DNA from: Octopus bimaculoides
Taxonomy: Eukaryota
DNA length: 33,707 bases
Assembly: GCF_001194135.2 (NCBI RefSeq)
Contig: NC_068986.1
Location: forward strand, 94,903,405 to 94,937,111
Direction: 5' to 3'
Shown: piece by piece, positions 33,683 through 33,707 of the stretch
Layout of the letters: each line of letters begins with the position of its first letter
How positions within the stretch are numbered: position 1 is the first letter of the stretch
Made by a program: the position numbers and the translations under genes
Notes under the pieces: generated by a model
Databases searched by the model: none
What the model was told of the DNA's origin: nothing
What the model saw: the letters and a program-made list of their open reading frames with translations, nothing else

Positions 33683-33707
33683 ATGTATATATATATATAT
33701 ATATATA
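33636..33707. repeat. (TATC)n(TA)n microsatellite
   Basis: Direct reading. Confidence 0.95.

Overview
Repeat-dense animal genomic scaffold with 11 N-gaps (about 4.6 kb in total). The SINE families, microsatellite load and GT-AG introns suggest an invertebrate, probably an octopus or other cephalopod (inference). Two minus-strand spliced genes can be rebuilt by hand that the ORF track largely misses. (1) A divergent Q50 PRD-class homeobox gene: exons 20986-20744 and 19563-18577, a phase-0 intron exactly between homeodomain codons 46 and 47, and AATAAA about 47 nt after the stop. Its start-codon exon is upstream and unresolved. (2) About 7 kb downstream, a multi-exon gene encoding a highly divergent Dbl-homology (RhoGEF-like) domain, with 7 supported exons between 11338 and 482; it continues beyond the window start. 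The rest is tRNA-derived SINEs (many with target-site duplications, TSDs), fragments of CR1/L2, RTE, Penelope and RLE-type retroelements, a maT-like Tc1/mariner remnant, hAT and Tigger-like MITEs, microsatellites, and a SINE-tail-derived minisatellite inside the homeobox intron. Family and domain assignments rest on motif recognition by eye, not database searches.
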